64,000 nt of DNA, from the NCBI GenBank assembly GCA_951406725.2, contig OX597821.1, positions 101,556,001 to 101,620,000 on the forward strand. Direction: 5' to 3'. The notes under the pieces are model-generated. The model was not told the origin of the DNA. It did not search any database and was given only the letters and a program-made list of their open reading frames with translations. Shown here one piece after another: positions 1 through 13,492 of this stretch (positions are counted from its first letter, which is position 1; the number at the start of each line of letters is the position of its first letter). Origin of the DNA: Octopus vulgaris. Taxonomy: Eukaryota. Made by a program: the position numbers and the translations under genes.

Positions 1-1689
1 TAGCCCCTTGTGGGCAGTAAAGAAATAGGTATTTCACCTGCCACTACGTTCTGAGTTCAAATTCCGTTGGGGTCGATGAAATAAGTACCAGTTATGCACT
101 GGGGTTGATGAAATCGACTATCGCCCTCCCCCAAATTTCAGGCCTTGTGCCTATAGTAGGAAAGATGATGTGATTGTAAACAAGCATCCCCATCAATAAG
201 CGGTTATTTCCTGTCTCCTATGCAAAGAATGTCTGACAGCAGGGTTATATTACATTGCTTGGAAACAGGTATTGGTTAGTGGCAGGAAAGGCATCCAGCC
301 ACAGAAAATGTACCTCAACAAATTCTGAGCTACACAGGCATGAATAAGTGGAGATTAGCCCTTTAGCATTCGGATTATCCTGTTAAATGTAATGCTTATT
401 TGTTCACATTGTTTTGAATTAATCATGCATTATGTTGTGCTTTTAAGATTTTGATGTTGTGATTGTGTACTTTTAGAATGACATTGTAGGGTAGGTGTGA
501 GAGGCCAGATCTGGCTGGTTTGAACATAAAACAGTTTAAATGTTAAAATGTTGAATGGCGATGATGATAAACAAAAAGTTACCAATCACACAAATGGTGG
601 TAGTGGTGGTTGTTGTTCTTGTAACAACAGCTGTAGTAGCAGTAAAATTATTGGACAGATCCAGCAGTAGTTTATCAGCACAAAAGTTTTGAATTTAATT
701 TCAACGCAGGTGATTTCTTGCCTATTGACAGTATATTATTGGCTTTGATTACTTAAATGTAGGGAATCTATTGGAGCATCTTGTATCATGTTCTAATCTT
801 TTTATTATTAGGAAACCGAAGCAAAATCTTAGGCCTTAAGAGTTCCTGTTTCTCCCCATTAAGAAACATTTACACACGCTGAAGTTAATCTTGATATTGT
901 CCAGATATTCAGTGGGAAGTAATAATCCTTTCTACTGGAAGCACAAGGCCTCAAATTTAGGGGAAGGGATTAAGTCAATTACATTGATCCCAGTGCGTAA
1001 CTGGTACTTTTTTAATTGACCCCGAAAAGATGAAAGGCAAAGTTGACCTTGGCAGAATTTGAACTCAGAACGTGAAGATGGACGAACTGCTGCAAAAAGC
1101 ATTTTGTCTGGCGTGCTAACAATTCTGCCAGCTCGCTGCCCTTCAGTGGGAAGTAATAGTAAATGTAATAAAGACCAATTAGTAACTTATTTTGGAAACA
1201 GATTGTCTCCCTTCTATGTCTAAAACAAAAAAAACTAAAAGCAATACTTATAAAGCATCATCATCAGTTAACGTCCTCTTTTCCATGTTGGCATGGGTGA
1301 GACGTTATCCTGCTCAGAGGTAAATTGTTTTCCCTTCACTAGTGTTGGCCCTCAACTGTTGAGGGTTATCAAGATCCAATTTCCTCATGTCACATTTAAC
1401 CACATTTTTTACATCTCAGTTTAAGATCTATGCCTGCTCCAATATCTTGTAATTACTATGGCAGAAACGTTAGCACACCAGGCAAAATGCTTAGCTGTAT
1501 TTCGTCTGTCTTTACGTTCTGAGTTCAAATTCCATCGAGGTCGACTTTTCCTTTCATCCTTTCAGGGTTGATAAATTAAGTACCAGTTGCAAACTGGGTA
1601 AAAAATTTCAGGTCTTGAGCCTGGAATAGAAAAGAATATTTTGTGATCAATAGACAACTGTAACCGGATCATTTGAATTAGCATCTGAG

Positions 1690-2340
1690 TCACATTTCTC
1701 CCCTTCTTTAAACACAACCAAATTGGCAACGGTTTCTTGCATCAATATCTCTTCACTGCTAAGACACTTGGCTTTCTCTAGGATGAGATTGTTCCTGACT
1801 TAGTTTTTCATATCGTGGTCTCAGCATGAATGCAAGTAGATTTTATTTTTTCCTTCTTGTGGTGTATCATCAATGCCTTTGCTCTGCAAAAGTAGGGTGG
1901 ACAATATTGCTTCATATAGTTTGTATTTCATTTGGATCGATGTGTGCTTGTTCTTTCACAGTTATTCTCTCAGCCTTCTGAATGCCAAAGTGGCCTTACT
2001 TATCCTGTGATCTAGCCCACCATCATTACTGATTGTACTCCCCACATAGGTAAAAATGGTTAGCTTCTACGAACTCCTTCCCATTGATAATAATGGGTTC
2101 AGGTTATGCCTTTTGATTCAAATTAGAATTTAGCTGGTGACAAACTCTGGGTTTCCAGATGTTAGTTTTCAAGTTTAACTTTATGGCTGTACTTTAAAAA
2201 GCAGCTACAATGCTTTGGCATGTCTTCTGCACTGTGAAAGACAAGAGAGCAGTCACTAGAAAACAAGCTTTTTGTGTCTTGATCTTAGCTTTCAGATATG
2301 ACACTTTAAGTAGCTTAGCATCAAGTATAATCTCTCACAT
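1690..2340 (-). mobile_element. Decayed RTE-like LINE fragment
   Basis: Recognisable degenerate post-RT coding (FTYVG, RISKATLAFRRLRE-like) on - strand; boundaries approximate. Confidence 0.5.
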
Positions 2341-2511
2341 TTGACTTGCAGAATACCTTATAAGCACACAAATGAAACAGCTGTGATTAGTCATGTTGTT
2401 TTAGTTTGTCTGAAATTTTGTTGAAACATTAGGTTTTTTTTTTTTTATATTAAACTTTCTGATTTTATCTTTCAATTGTTTGTATTGTATCAATATATCT
2501 TTATTTACCAG

Positions 2512-2617
2512 ATATACAGCAGCCTGTTCCAAACTGTTAGTCCAATACAAGGCAGCATTCAAACAAGTTCAATGTAATGCCTTTCCCACTGTTGAAGACT
2601 TTATGAAAAAATACCGT
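2512..2617 (+). CDS. VPS28: VPS28 internal exon (106 nt)
   Basis: ttaccag acceptor, [18 protein letters not shown]..., gtaagt donor. Confidence 0.93.
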
Positions 2618-5600
2618 GTAAGTAGCTCTATGTAGAATTACTGAAAGTATAGATGAGACATCAAGTATTTTTTTTTAATTCAATGGTTTAATCATGAGGA
2701 AGAGATTGTGCTCTTAGTCTTCACAAGTTCTCCAAGACTGGTACCCATGGTTTTTACTACTCCTCCAAGACTGGTGCCCAATGGTCTTTCTGAGTCCTCC
2801 AAGTACATTGCAGTTGATGTTCATCTTGAACATCTGCAGATTGATGATTGCAGGAAAAAACATTGGTGGGAAAGGGAACTGAAGCCAGAGGAAGAATATG
2901 TGGACAGTGGGGAGGGTACACAAACTACTGGTTGCAGTGGGTAGAGGCCATTCTAGGAGTGGTAGAAAGGTTAGAATGAGGAGACTACATCTGTGGGGTA
3001 GAATCCAAAATGAAATTGCTTTGTTTTCGTAGCAAAAGTTTTACTGTATCTCATTCATCAAACACTCTTCAACACTGTAATCTGACCCTTACTAACTCAT
3101 GGATTTACTTTTGATTTCAAACCAAGTTGTGTACTGGGACAGTTATGAGCCAATTTTAAAAAAATTTTTCTGTGACACCCCTATTTTTATCATGAGAAAA
3201 TAGACTTAAGACTTGACTCTTCAAGTATGTGACCCTCTCTTTAAATACTGTAAAGTTTTGAGTGGGGATATTTCATTGCTACATTGAGCTAGACAAGTTA
3301 TTCATTTGATGCTATCAGCTCTGTTGCTATTGCTGACCATTAAAATATCAGGATACACTTGACTAATTTCTTTAATGAAAGAGGGATATATTTATTCAGT
3401 CAGACACTGGTATGAGAGCAAACTACTGCAACTGGTTTTTAGTGAAACAGATTACAGAAACTGCGGGAATGGGATTCTGGTGAAACACCATTGGCTTCAA
3501 AAACCTTGAGAATGGGACCCACAACTTACACCTTATGTAATGGAGAGGCACATTGGATTATATATTCTTAGGTACACAATGTGTGAGAAGAGGAGATGAT
3601 CATGACTCTGTAGTCTGATTTGGGGATAAACAACTCTTCTCCTAATCCTTCCACCTGCATTTGATTTATTGATTTCACTTAAACGCAATATCATCAACTA
3701 ATGAAGTCTTCACCTTGTGAAAAAAAACTATATTTCTGAACATGGTGTCTATCCTTGATTTGTTCTTCCTTTTTCTCTTATGATTTTGTTTTCATTTCCT
3801 GGAATATTTTACAAGTAATTGATATGAAATGTGAATGGACATAGAGCTATTTTCAGTATTCTATTAATGCCGTAAATACAATATGTTCATTAAACATAAT
3901 TTAATATAAATATTAAATGTATGTTATAAATGTGTAATATAGATATTAAACATGTTATAAATATAAAATGTGAATATTTTAATATATTGTATATTATAAA
4001 TATATAATACATATTTGATATAAATATTTACAAATTAATTATTTATCTAGCTTGACTGTCCTGCTGCCTTGGAACGGATAAAAGAGGATCGCCCTATTAC
4101 CATCAAAGACGATAAAGGAAACACAAGCAAATGTATTGCTGATATTGTATCAGTAAGTATAATTCTTATAACTTATGGGTGAATGCTTACAAAGTTGGGG
4201 TTCAGTTTCACTCTGCTGGCATAATCTTGGACTGACCAATACCTTGTGAGTGAATTTTATTGGTGGAAACTGTGCAGAAGCATATGGTGTGTGGGCTGTA
4301 CTTGTCTGTGAATATTTGCATTTTGTATGAGATGAGGACTGAGCTCTAAATAGTAATCACTCTTAATATTGGTTTATGACTGGAAGATGTTGTAATATCT
4401 TTTTTTTTCTTTCAGCTTTTTATTACAGTTATGGATAAACTAAGATTGGAAATCCGTGCTATGGATGAGGTAAGCAAATATTACCATAAAACTCATGCAC
4501 GAACTATTTAAAATATAAATCTATATTCAGTGAAGACAAATTTCTTTAACCTTAAAACCATTTCACTTTATGATTAACAAAACTATAATTATATAATGAA
4601 CAAAATGCTCACTAGCAAAGTTTCCTCCAAGTCAAATTTTGGCATTAATTTTTAATTTGAATTTCTCAACACAATTCTTCTAATTTCTTATTTAACCTTT
4701 TGAACTTCAAAGTATGTTTTAGTGAATACTAGCAGCATAGCCCGGCGTTGCCCGGGTATGTAAGAGCTCCTAGTAGGCAACGACTAATCCCAATCTAGTC
4801 CTTTCCCTCTAGGGAACAAAGGCGCATGTGTTGGTTGCAATGTCTTCTCTTCACTCCCAAATAACTATCAAACAGCTATCGATAATTCAACCCAACCAAT
4901 TCCTACCAGGAAGAAATTACATTCGAGACTTTACCCCCAACACCACCACTTCTGCTAATAGCTGCTGCAGCCGGAAGTTATTCAAATCCTTTTTTTGTTT
5001 AAACTTTCTTTATAACTATATGTCGAATTTATCGATTTTTTTTCAGAACTGGTGGAACTTTTCAAAATTTTCGCTGCGTTAGTTTTGAATTATGACATTG
5101 GGCTATGTGTGTGTCAAGTTTCATCAGAATCGGTTGAAAGCCGTGGTCAGGGTGAGGGTACAACCTGACAGACAAACTGCCGTTTATATAGAGAGAGATG
5201 ATTTCATTTGACTATATATCTGGATGACGACATGGTTTTGTATTTGACTCACTGACTGGTAGAAACATCATTATTTTCAGTTGCAAACTAAACCACGAGG
5301 ATGCCTACTTTTGCATCTTCCAGGAATACAGTCAAATGAAATTATGCCCATCTAAAGCATATTTGCAGGATGAAAGGGTTAAATTTATTTTGTTTTAAAT
5401 GTTACAAGTATATCATCGTTTAACGTCCGCTTTCCATGCTAGCATGGGTTGGACGGTTCAACTGGGGTCTGGGAGGCCCAGTCTGATTCTACAGCTGGAT
5501 GTCCTTCCTAACGCCAACCACTCCGTGAGTGTAGTGGGTGTTATATATTCCTTAGCAACTATACTAGGTGTTGCTATGAATTAAAGAAAGTATTAGGTGC

Positions 5601-7755
5601 AAGTTTGGGTTTTTGGTTAAGGACTTGGTTTCCCAATCACAGTTCTGGGATTAGTCCTACTGCATCGGAAAATACACAAGGGGAATAACTCATTTTAATG
5701 TAGCATGGTTTTGACTATTTAGGAGCTGGTCATGTACAAGACTGCACCAGACTTCTGTGTCTCTTATGTTTTCTAATTAAGACACAATGCCAGAAATTTT
5801 GAGGGCAGGGGATTAGTCGATGCCAGCAAATCTTGGAACTCAAAACGTAAAAAGCCAGAACAAATACCACAGTATTTTTTCTAATGTTCTCCCAATTCTG
5901 CCAGCTTGTCACCTTTTGGCTATAAGTACTGCATGTATAAGTAATGATATGTAATTTACTAGGGTTAAAAGACCCTTTGAATGGAAAATATGAATACAAC
6001 AGGGTTTCGTAAATCTAATATAATTTGTTAAAAACTGAGATTATCGAAGTCAAAAACTCAGATGGGTTAGAAAAAAAAAATCTAAAACAAGCAGGGGACA
6101 TAACTCCAATGAAATCACTTGATCGGAATGTTTGAACAGTAATTGTTATGAATCTTTTTGTTAATCTTGAATTACCTCCCTTACTTGTTTTGCTATTTTA
6201 AACATCTCTATGGCGAGCTTTTGGCTACTAATTGCTTTGATGATCTCAGCTGATCAACTCACTATATTAAACATAAGAAGCCCTACAGTGGATAATAATA
6301 TGCAGAACACTCTCATAGCCATATTGCAAACAGTTGTAAGAGGCTTATTTTAGTAATGTTTTGCAACCTTGTCTTGGATTCCTTGCAGCAGTGTGGCACC
6401 TTGGGCAGGTGTCTTCTACTACACCCCATGCCGACCAGAACCTTGTGAGTTGATCTAATAGATGGAAACTGAAAGAAGCCTGTTGTATGAGTACATATGT
6501 ATGTACCCTTGTCTAGACATGACATGATAATTGTAAAGCAGCTTCATCATCATACAAGCAAAGTTGTTTCCAGTTTTCCATGAAAATTATGTCTGGTCAT
6601 AGGGAAATATCTTGCCTGGATACAGGCAAGAGTTTGCAATAGGAAGAGCATCCAGCTGTAAGAATTCTGCCTCTACAAATTTCGTCTGATCCATGCAAAC
6701 ATAGAAAAACAGATGTTATATAACACTTAAGCTACCTCATGTTCGACTGAGATTTTTAAAAGTTTATTTTGAAGATGAAAATCATATCCATAACATTAAA
6801 ATCCTGTTTCTATACATGATTTCTACATTTTAGATTCAACCAGACCTTCGTGAATTAATGGAGACCATGACGCGTCTAAGTTTATTACCTCAAGACTTTG
6901 AAGGAAAAGAAAAAGTATCAAAATGGTTTGTGAAAACAATTTTCAGACATTTACTAATTATATTTTCTAGTTAGCAATTAGTGATGTTTATATATTTTCT
7001 GAATAATCTGTAACATTTAATGCATTGTAGTAATACAATTCATATTTTATGGGAATTTTTTGATTGTAACTAAAATTTCTCATTAAAAACAACTGGCTTT
7101 TGACTAAGAAACACTTTGTTACAAACTGATAAAACGAAAATGCAAAAATGGTTTTTAAGCCTAAAATATTCCCTAACTGTTGCAGATATTAAACCATAAA
7201 GGACTAAATTATATTATGAATTAAAACTTGTATAGACACAGGCATGGCTGTGTGGTAAGAAGCTTGCTTCTCAACCACATGGTTTCCAGTTCAATCCCAC
7301 TGTGTGGCACCTTGAGCAAGTGTCTTCTGACTATAGCCTCAGGTCAACCAAAGCTTTGTGAGTGGATTTGATAGATGGAAACTGAGAGAAGCCTGTTGCA
7401 TGTATCTGTGTTTGTCCTCCACCGCTCAACAGCTGGTGTTGGTGTGTTTAAATCCCTGCAACTTAGCGGTTTGGCAAAAAAGAGTAATAGAATACCAGGC
7501 TTTAAAAAAAGTACTGGAGTTGATTCATTCGAGGTGATGCTCCAGTATGGCCAGTCTAACAAGTTAAAAGATTAACATTTGTTCCTATAAATATTTTTCT
7601 TCATCTTTTGATTTGTGTTTTGTTTTGCTAGGTTGACAACCCTCAGTGCTATGCATGCATCAGAGGAACTCAATGATAACCAAGTGCGGCAAATGCTGTT
7701 CGATCTGGAGAGTGCATACAATGATTTCAACCGTGTGTTGCACGATAACATCTAA
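2512..7755 (+). CDS. VPS28: VPS28 (ESCRT-I subunit), 3' part; coding exons 2512-2617, 4051-4152, 4416-4469, 6834-6925, 7632-7755; 5' exons not found, presumably upstream of window
   Basis: Spliced translation [158 protein letters not shown] matches metazoan VPS28 as recalled; all junctions GT-AG and phase-compatible. Confidence 0.96.
4051..4152 (+). CDS. VPS28: VPS28 internal exon (102 nt)
   Basis: atctag acceptor, [24 protein letters not shown]..., gtaagt donor. Confidence 0.95.
4416..4469 (+). CDS. VPS28: VPS28 internal exon (54 nt)
   Basis: polypyrimidine + ttcag acceptor, [18 protein letters not shown], gtaagc donor. Confidence 0.95.
4729..5198 (-). mobile_element. Non-autonomous Helitron (470 bp)
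   Basis: - strand starts TC (5198) and ends CTAG (4729), inserted between A and T with no TSD; GC hairpin CCCGG-GCAACG-CCGGG a few nt before the 3' CTAG. Confidence 0.85.
6834..6925 (+). CDS. VPS28: VPS28 internal exon (92 nt)
   Basis: ttttag acceptor, [12 protein letters not shown]...[10 protein letters not shown], gtttgt donor. Confidence 0.93.
7240..7575 (+). mobile_element. tRNA-derived SINE family A copy in the last VPS28 intron
   Basis: Family A head and 3' domain. Confidence 0.8.
7632..7755 (+). CDS. VPS28: VPS28 last coding exon
   Basis: tgctag acceptor, [18 protein letters not shown], TAA at 7753-7755. Confidence 0.95.
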
Positions 7756-8511
7756 TATATAAAAAAAAAATATATATATATTCATACCTATTATAATGGA
7801 GCACAATGGAGCCAGTTTCTAAGTATAAATCTATTCTGTTAACAAAAGAACAAAACAAGCAAAACCTAATATTTTTAAACAATATTGACAATAGTAAAGT
7901 AAATCTTGCATAGAAACATTTAGCAATCATTTCATAATTTTTTTTTAATGCTTATTTATGTGGGCATCCTTCCAAAAACTTATTTAATATAATATGTACA
8001 CCATCTCCTGGAAGAGCACCTCAGATAAAAGATCTTTCTAATCCTTCTCTGATCTTTAGAAAAACATGATCTACTCAATCATATGTACATCCATAAAAAA
8101 AATGATTCAATTCTAATTGTTTTATTTTAAACAACAAACATAATCCAAACAAATTAGCAATTAGATTTCTCTCTTGTAACACCATACTCTATAGTTACCA
8201 TTTATAGATCTGGTTGAAACTTGGTTATTTCTCTTGTAATCAAACCATTTTCTTCATAATCTTTTTGACTTTAACTGTTGAGGACACATAAGCATTGTGT
8301 ACATATAATGCATATGCTTGACTGTTTTATATACAAAATAGCGAAAATCTTGGTTCTTATATATAATATATATATACTGTCCTTAAAATTGTGAAACAAA
8401 ATCTTTGCAATTTGTCTACTGTCTCTTGCAGTCGAAAGAATGTTTTCTATGTGATGTATTGGGTTGCACACAATGTCATATTCTAAATTAAACTTGTACA
8501 TTTTACTGTTA

Positions 8512-8517
8512 AATAAA
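8512..8517 (+). terminator. Candidate VPS28 poly(A) signal AATAAA
   Basis: AATAAA ~760 nt after the stop, followed by a U/GU-rich tract (8532-8560). Confidence 0.6.
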
Positions 8518-8552
8518 AAAACTAATCCACATTTTCAATTTGTTTCATACAT

Positions 8553-8558
8553 TTTATT
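8553..8558 (-). terminator. Candidate HYI poly(A) signal AATAAA (alternative hexamers at 8726-8735)
   Basis: tttatt on + strand ~610 nt past the HYI stop; U-rich tract downstream on the - strand. Confidence 0.4.
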
Positions 8559-9167
8559 TCTGACTGAATGGTATCACAAATTAACACTGGTACAATTTCA
8601 TTTTTCTTTGATTTAAAATATATTCTTTTTGAGGCCTTTCACATGTGATAGAATTCATATTTTAGTGATATATTATTAAACTAGGATTTGTTTTTTAAGG
8701 TAACAAAACTGATATTCTCTAGAATTTTATTTATTTGATATGTGAGGTAACCTTAATTGATATTACTTCAGTAATTACAGAATATAACTTTGAGGCAAAA
8801 TACTTCATGCATTTCGAGCCAATCATTTCTGCTTAGACTTTTAGTAGAAAAAAATGGATACACCGTCCCATTATAACCATAAAAAGGTACAGCATTAAAG
8901 AAATGTGTTCTACATAATCTTTGGTTGTGTAAATAAAATGTTTATCTCAGTAGCTCAAATATAAAAATATACTTTTGTAGTGTCTTGTAAAAAATATTCT
9001 TAATACAAAAGTTAATATTTAACTTTTCAGCTTATAGGTATAACAAAACCAATACAATTATCTTTGTTTTAAATTATTAAAATGCAGATAATATATATCA
9101 TCAATAAAAAATGTACATATATTAATCAGGAGCCCTCTGGTTAATTAATATGAAAATATATGGTATC

Positions 9168-9220
9168 TTATAATTGCAGTCCCATTTGTTGAATCCAACT
9201 GAGTCCATCACGAGTGTTAC
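9168..9220 (-). CDS. HYI: HYI exon 8 (last coding)
   Basis: GNTRDGLSWIQQMGLQL then TAA at 9170-9168. Confidence 0.9.
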
Positions 9221-12200
9221 CTAAAATTAGAACAAGAGCTTTAATATCACAAAATTTAATAATTGATAAATAACCTATTTACTTTGTCGTTATTAAGCTG
9301 GCATTGGAACATAAATTAAGATCATTTAAAACAGGAGGTTAGCATCATAGAACCAGGGCCAGTTTCAAGCAGGTTGGTGTCATAAGGTTTAATAATGAAA
9401 AAACATTAAAACCTTCCAAATTCTTGATTTTCAACATTAATTTAAGCACAGGACAAGTATAATTCATTTGAGATTATTTATATATAACAGGTGTGCATAT
9501 AATAAATGAAAGAGGATCTTGGAATCTAGGCAGTTACCTAGGAATAAATGTGATGCCAACATCTCTATTCTTTGCTTGTCATATAAAATAGAGATTGTTA
9601 TATTAAAACTAATACAGTGCAATAAAGCTTATACAGATATCTATACATACATACATATACACACACAAATTGTTACTCCCACTGACCTATGGAGAATCCT
9701 TCTTCAAAATTAGATTACACACTCTAAAATCCAAGGAAATATTCTTACTGCAGAATAATTTACAAAGCTGGGCCCCTGTTAAATTTCCAGGCTATGAATA
9801 TAATGCAGCACTGGTGCTGACTCTCCAGTCACCATTCATTAGAGAATATCAATTAATGACTTACCAACAGGATTATACTCAAGACCAATGTAACCATCGT
9901 AATTTGAGGATTGCAACATCTTAAAAATATAATTGTAGTTGATTTCTCCATCAGTGTTTGGTTCACCACGGTTAGGAACTTGAGATATCTGTATGTGACC
10001 TGTAAAAGTATAAATTTGTAAATATCTTCAAAACAAATTTTGAAGTGTCTTGAAGTTTTTAAGTACTAATAAACAATTTTAAGCCCCATTTTATGTTCTA
10101 TATCAGATAACAATCAACAAGATGGATCTTTCCATTGTCTTTCTCCTCTGCTCCTTCAAAGCTATTATGTCAGTTCATCTTTTTGCTATTAGTTTAAGTA
10201 TATATTTTATCCTAAAGAACAGATTTGGCATGCAAAAAATTAAGTTTTTAGAAAAGTTTTTTTTTTAGAATTAAGTATCTTTAATATTAATAATCATGTT
10301 ATTTGATTAATAAACGCATTTTCAAAAAACAACATTCAAGCGTTGCTAGTGCCGCTGGATTGGCTCCTGTGCAGGTAGCACATAAAAACACCTTTTGAGC
10401 ATGGTCGTTGCCAGAACCGCCTGACTGGTCCTCGTACCGGTGACACGTAAAAAGCACCCACTACACTCTTGGAGTGGTTGGCATTAGGAAGGGCATCCAG
10501 CTGTAGAAACTTTGAAAGATCAGATTGAGCTTGGTGAAGTTTCTGGCTCACAAGTCCTCAGTCTAATCGTCCAACCCATGCCAGCATGGAAAGCGGACAT
10601 TAAATGATGATGATGAACTTCTTCCCATCCTTGTAACCTGTTCACTAACTGCCATTGTATTGCAGTCAACTGATAGTGAATAATTATATTAACAGTGAAT
10701 GTTTTATAAGTTGGTAAATATGTTTCAGACCAAATCTCTTGTCCCCAAAATACAAAGGAACAACTTCAAAATAGCCGCTTCCTGAAAGCTTTGCCAAAAT
10801 TTATATTATAAGGATGAATTTACTTCAGAACAACCTATTTTCTTTTCAGTTTTGAACAGAGCCAACAGTCCACTGTGTGTGCGTGTGTGTGTGTGCGCAT
10901 ATATATACATGCAATAGGCTTCTTTCAGTTTCCATCTACTAAATCCATTCACAAGGCTATGGTGGGTTCTGGACTATAATAGAAGACACTTGCCCAAGGT
11001 TCCATACAGTGGGACTGAACCTGCAACCATGTGGTTGGTAAGTGAATTTAACCAAAGTCATGCCTGCCCCTATAAACTATTCAAGTGAAACATTTATCAA
11101 CTGTGAATAATGACTCGGTCGTGGACTCCACTGCTCCAACTCTTGCTGAGTCGTCATTATCATCAATTAATGTTTTCCATGCTGGCATAGGCTGGGCAGT
11201 TTGACAGGAACTGGCAATCCTTTGAACTATACCAGGTTCCATTATCTGCTTTAGCATAGTTTCTATGGCTGGATGCCCTACCTGACACCAACCACTTTAG
11301 CGTGTACTGGGTGCTTTTTAAAAAATCAATAAAATTCTTTATAAAAACATGAACAAAAAAATTGTGTAATTACCTATGTAAGGCAGGAAGTCTTTGAAGT
11401 TGGCTGTAAGATTTCCATCCATAATCTGGACATGGAAGAAATCCTTCAAAAATAAAGCAAAAGGTGTTATTTTTGTTTTAGCCATCTATTTAACTGAAAA
11501 TGACAAATCTCTCAAACAATTGAAAAGAAAAACAAAACAGCAACATTTCAATATGAAATTTTGTTCATGTCTACTTGGCAAGCATGAATTACTGGATTGC
11601 GTAAGAAAGGGGATAAAACAGATATGCTAAACTGATTTCTTCTGCCACCCATTTTCTCTGCCTGCTATTCCTAGAAAAGTTTTGTGGGTAGAATTCTCAG
11701 ATACCTCCTCCACAGTCCTATCACAAGCAACCATCATTACACATTCCTGCTGGATTCCCAAGTATAACCAACTGAGATTATCGATATTATCCAATAATGT
11801 AACATGGTATAACAAACGGAAAATTTTAGCCATTTCTCTGCAGACTGAAAAAAATTATGAATAACCTTAACCCTTTAGTGTTCGCATTATTCTGCCAAAA
11901 TTAATGCTTCTTCATCCACACTGTTTTGAATTAATCATGCATTATCTTGTAGCTATAAGATTTTGATGAGGTAGCTGTTAATTTTTTAAACAATATTGTA
12001 GGGTTGGTGTGAGAGACCAGATAGGGCTAGTTTGAACATAAAACAGGTAGAATATTTTTGGCCGGTTTAAATGCTAAAGGGTTAATCGATTTTTGAACCT
12101 TATTGGGTTCTCATCAGAGGCGTCCCATTTTTGGTTTCTCCCTAGGTCTCCTGCTGGCTTGGCTTGAAGAAGTTCATCTTGTGATCCTTTCCTGTGACAT

Positions 12201-13451
12201 TCTAACCACGTCCACAGTACCAAAGCTGTGACCTCTCAATGCGAAGCAGTACTCGACCTGGAGAGACTCTCTGAGCTAATTGGTGAAACCAAAGTAAGTC
12301 TTGTAGATCTCTTAGTGAACCACTAAATTATGGGGATGTAAACAAACCAATACCATCTATCAAGTGATGGTGTTGGCAGAGACAAACACACATCCATCTA
12401 TCTATATGTATAATGTACATGATGGGCTTCCACACGGTTTCTTTAACCAAATTCATTGACAAGGCATTAAGCAACCTGGGGTTATAGTAGATAACACTTA
12501 TCCCAAGATGTTATGCAGTGGGATTGAACCTGAAGCTTTATATGGTTGTAAAGCAAGCTTCTTAACCACACAGCCATGCCTATGGAAAAGAGGATTGATC
12601 AGGTTCAGTAAAAAAAAAATTTAATAAAATTTTTAAAAAAAGCCATAAAATTAGCCATAAAGATGAATTTCTTCTGCATTGAGTTTAGATTGTGAATAAG
12701 TCATTCCCAATTTTGACTAAGTAGTCCACACTTGATGTATTTTGATATTGAAAAGGGGAGAAAGAAAGAAAAAAAGGCTATGGGAGTGCTTCAGAGTTGA
12801 AATACTTCTTCACTAAAAAAAGACAACTTATTCTAATGGACCAAAAGTAACTTAGTCAAGAGTTGGAAACAGGAAGGATACACAATAGATAATATAGCCC
12901 TAGATATAAGCCACCAACTCTACAAAAAAGACAGGATGGTCATAGCTGGAATGTCTTTGAATCTTTCTATGCTATATCAGGGCAGACATAATCAAACGAC
13001 AGTAGAAACAGTGAATTCTGCAATGCGTGTGTGCGTACAGAGTGAGAAGAAATCCTCTGAAGTTTGTAAGTTCAAGGTTTTACGAGAAGTGATTTTACAC
13101 ACACACACACAAAAAGGTAGATCTCTATTTGGAGAAGGTAAAGTCACTGAGATAAAATGAGTAACAATGAGAAGAAAGTAAGGAAGAGGTGATGGATTTT
13201 GCTCCGATTTACTAACAGGAAAATTCATTACATTTCTCTCTCTTTACTCTTTTCTCTTTTACTTGTTTCAGTCATTTGACTGTGGCCATGCTGGAGCACT
13301 GCCTTTAGTCGAGCAAATCGACCCTGGGACTTATTCTTTGTAAGCCCAGTACTTATTCTATCGGTCTCTTTTGCCGAACCGCTAAGTGACGGGGACGTAA
13401 ACACACCAGTATCGGTTGTCAAGCAATGCTAGGGGGGACAAACACACACAC

Positions 13452-13492
<41 letters not shown>

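Noticed and set aside
2708-2944. 78-aa ORF with a short internal repeat in a VPS28 intron
   Set aside because: GTG start, ~33-bp tandem duplication, no homology recognised and no place in the VPS28 reading frame.
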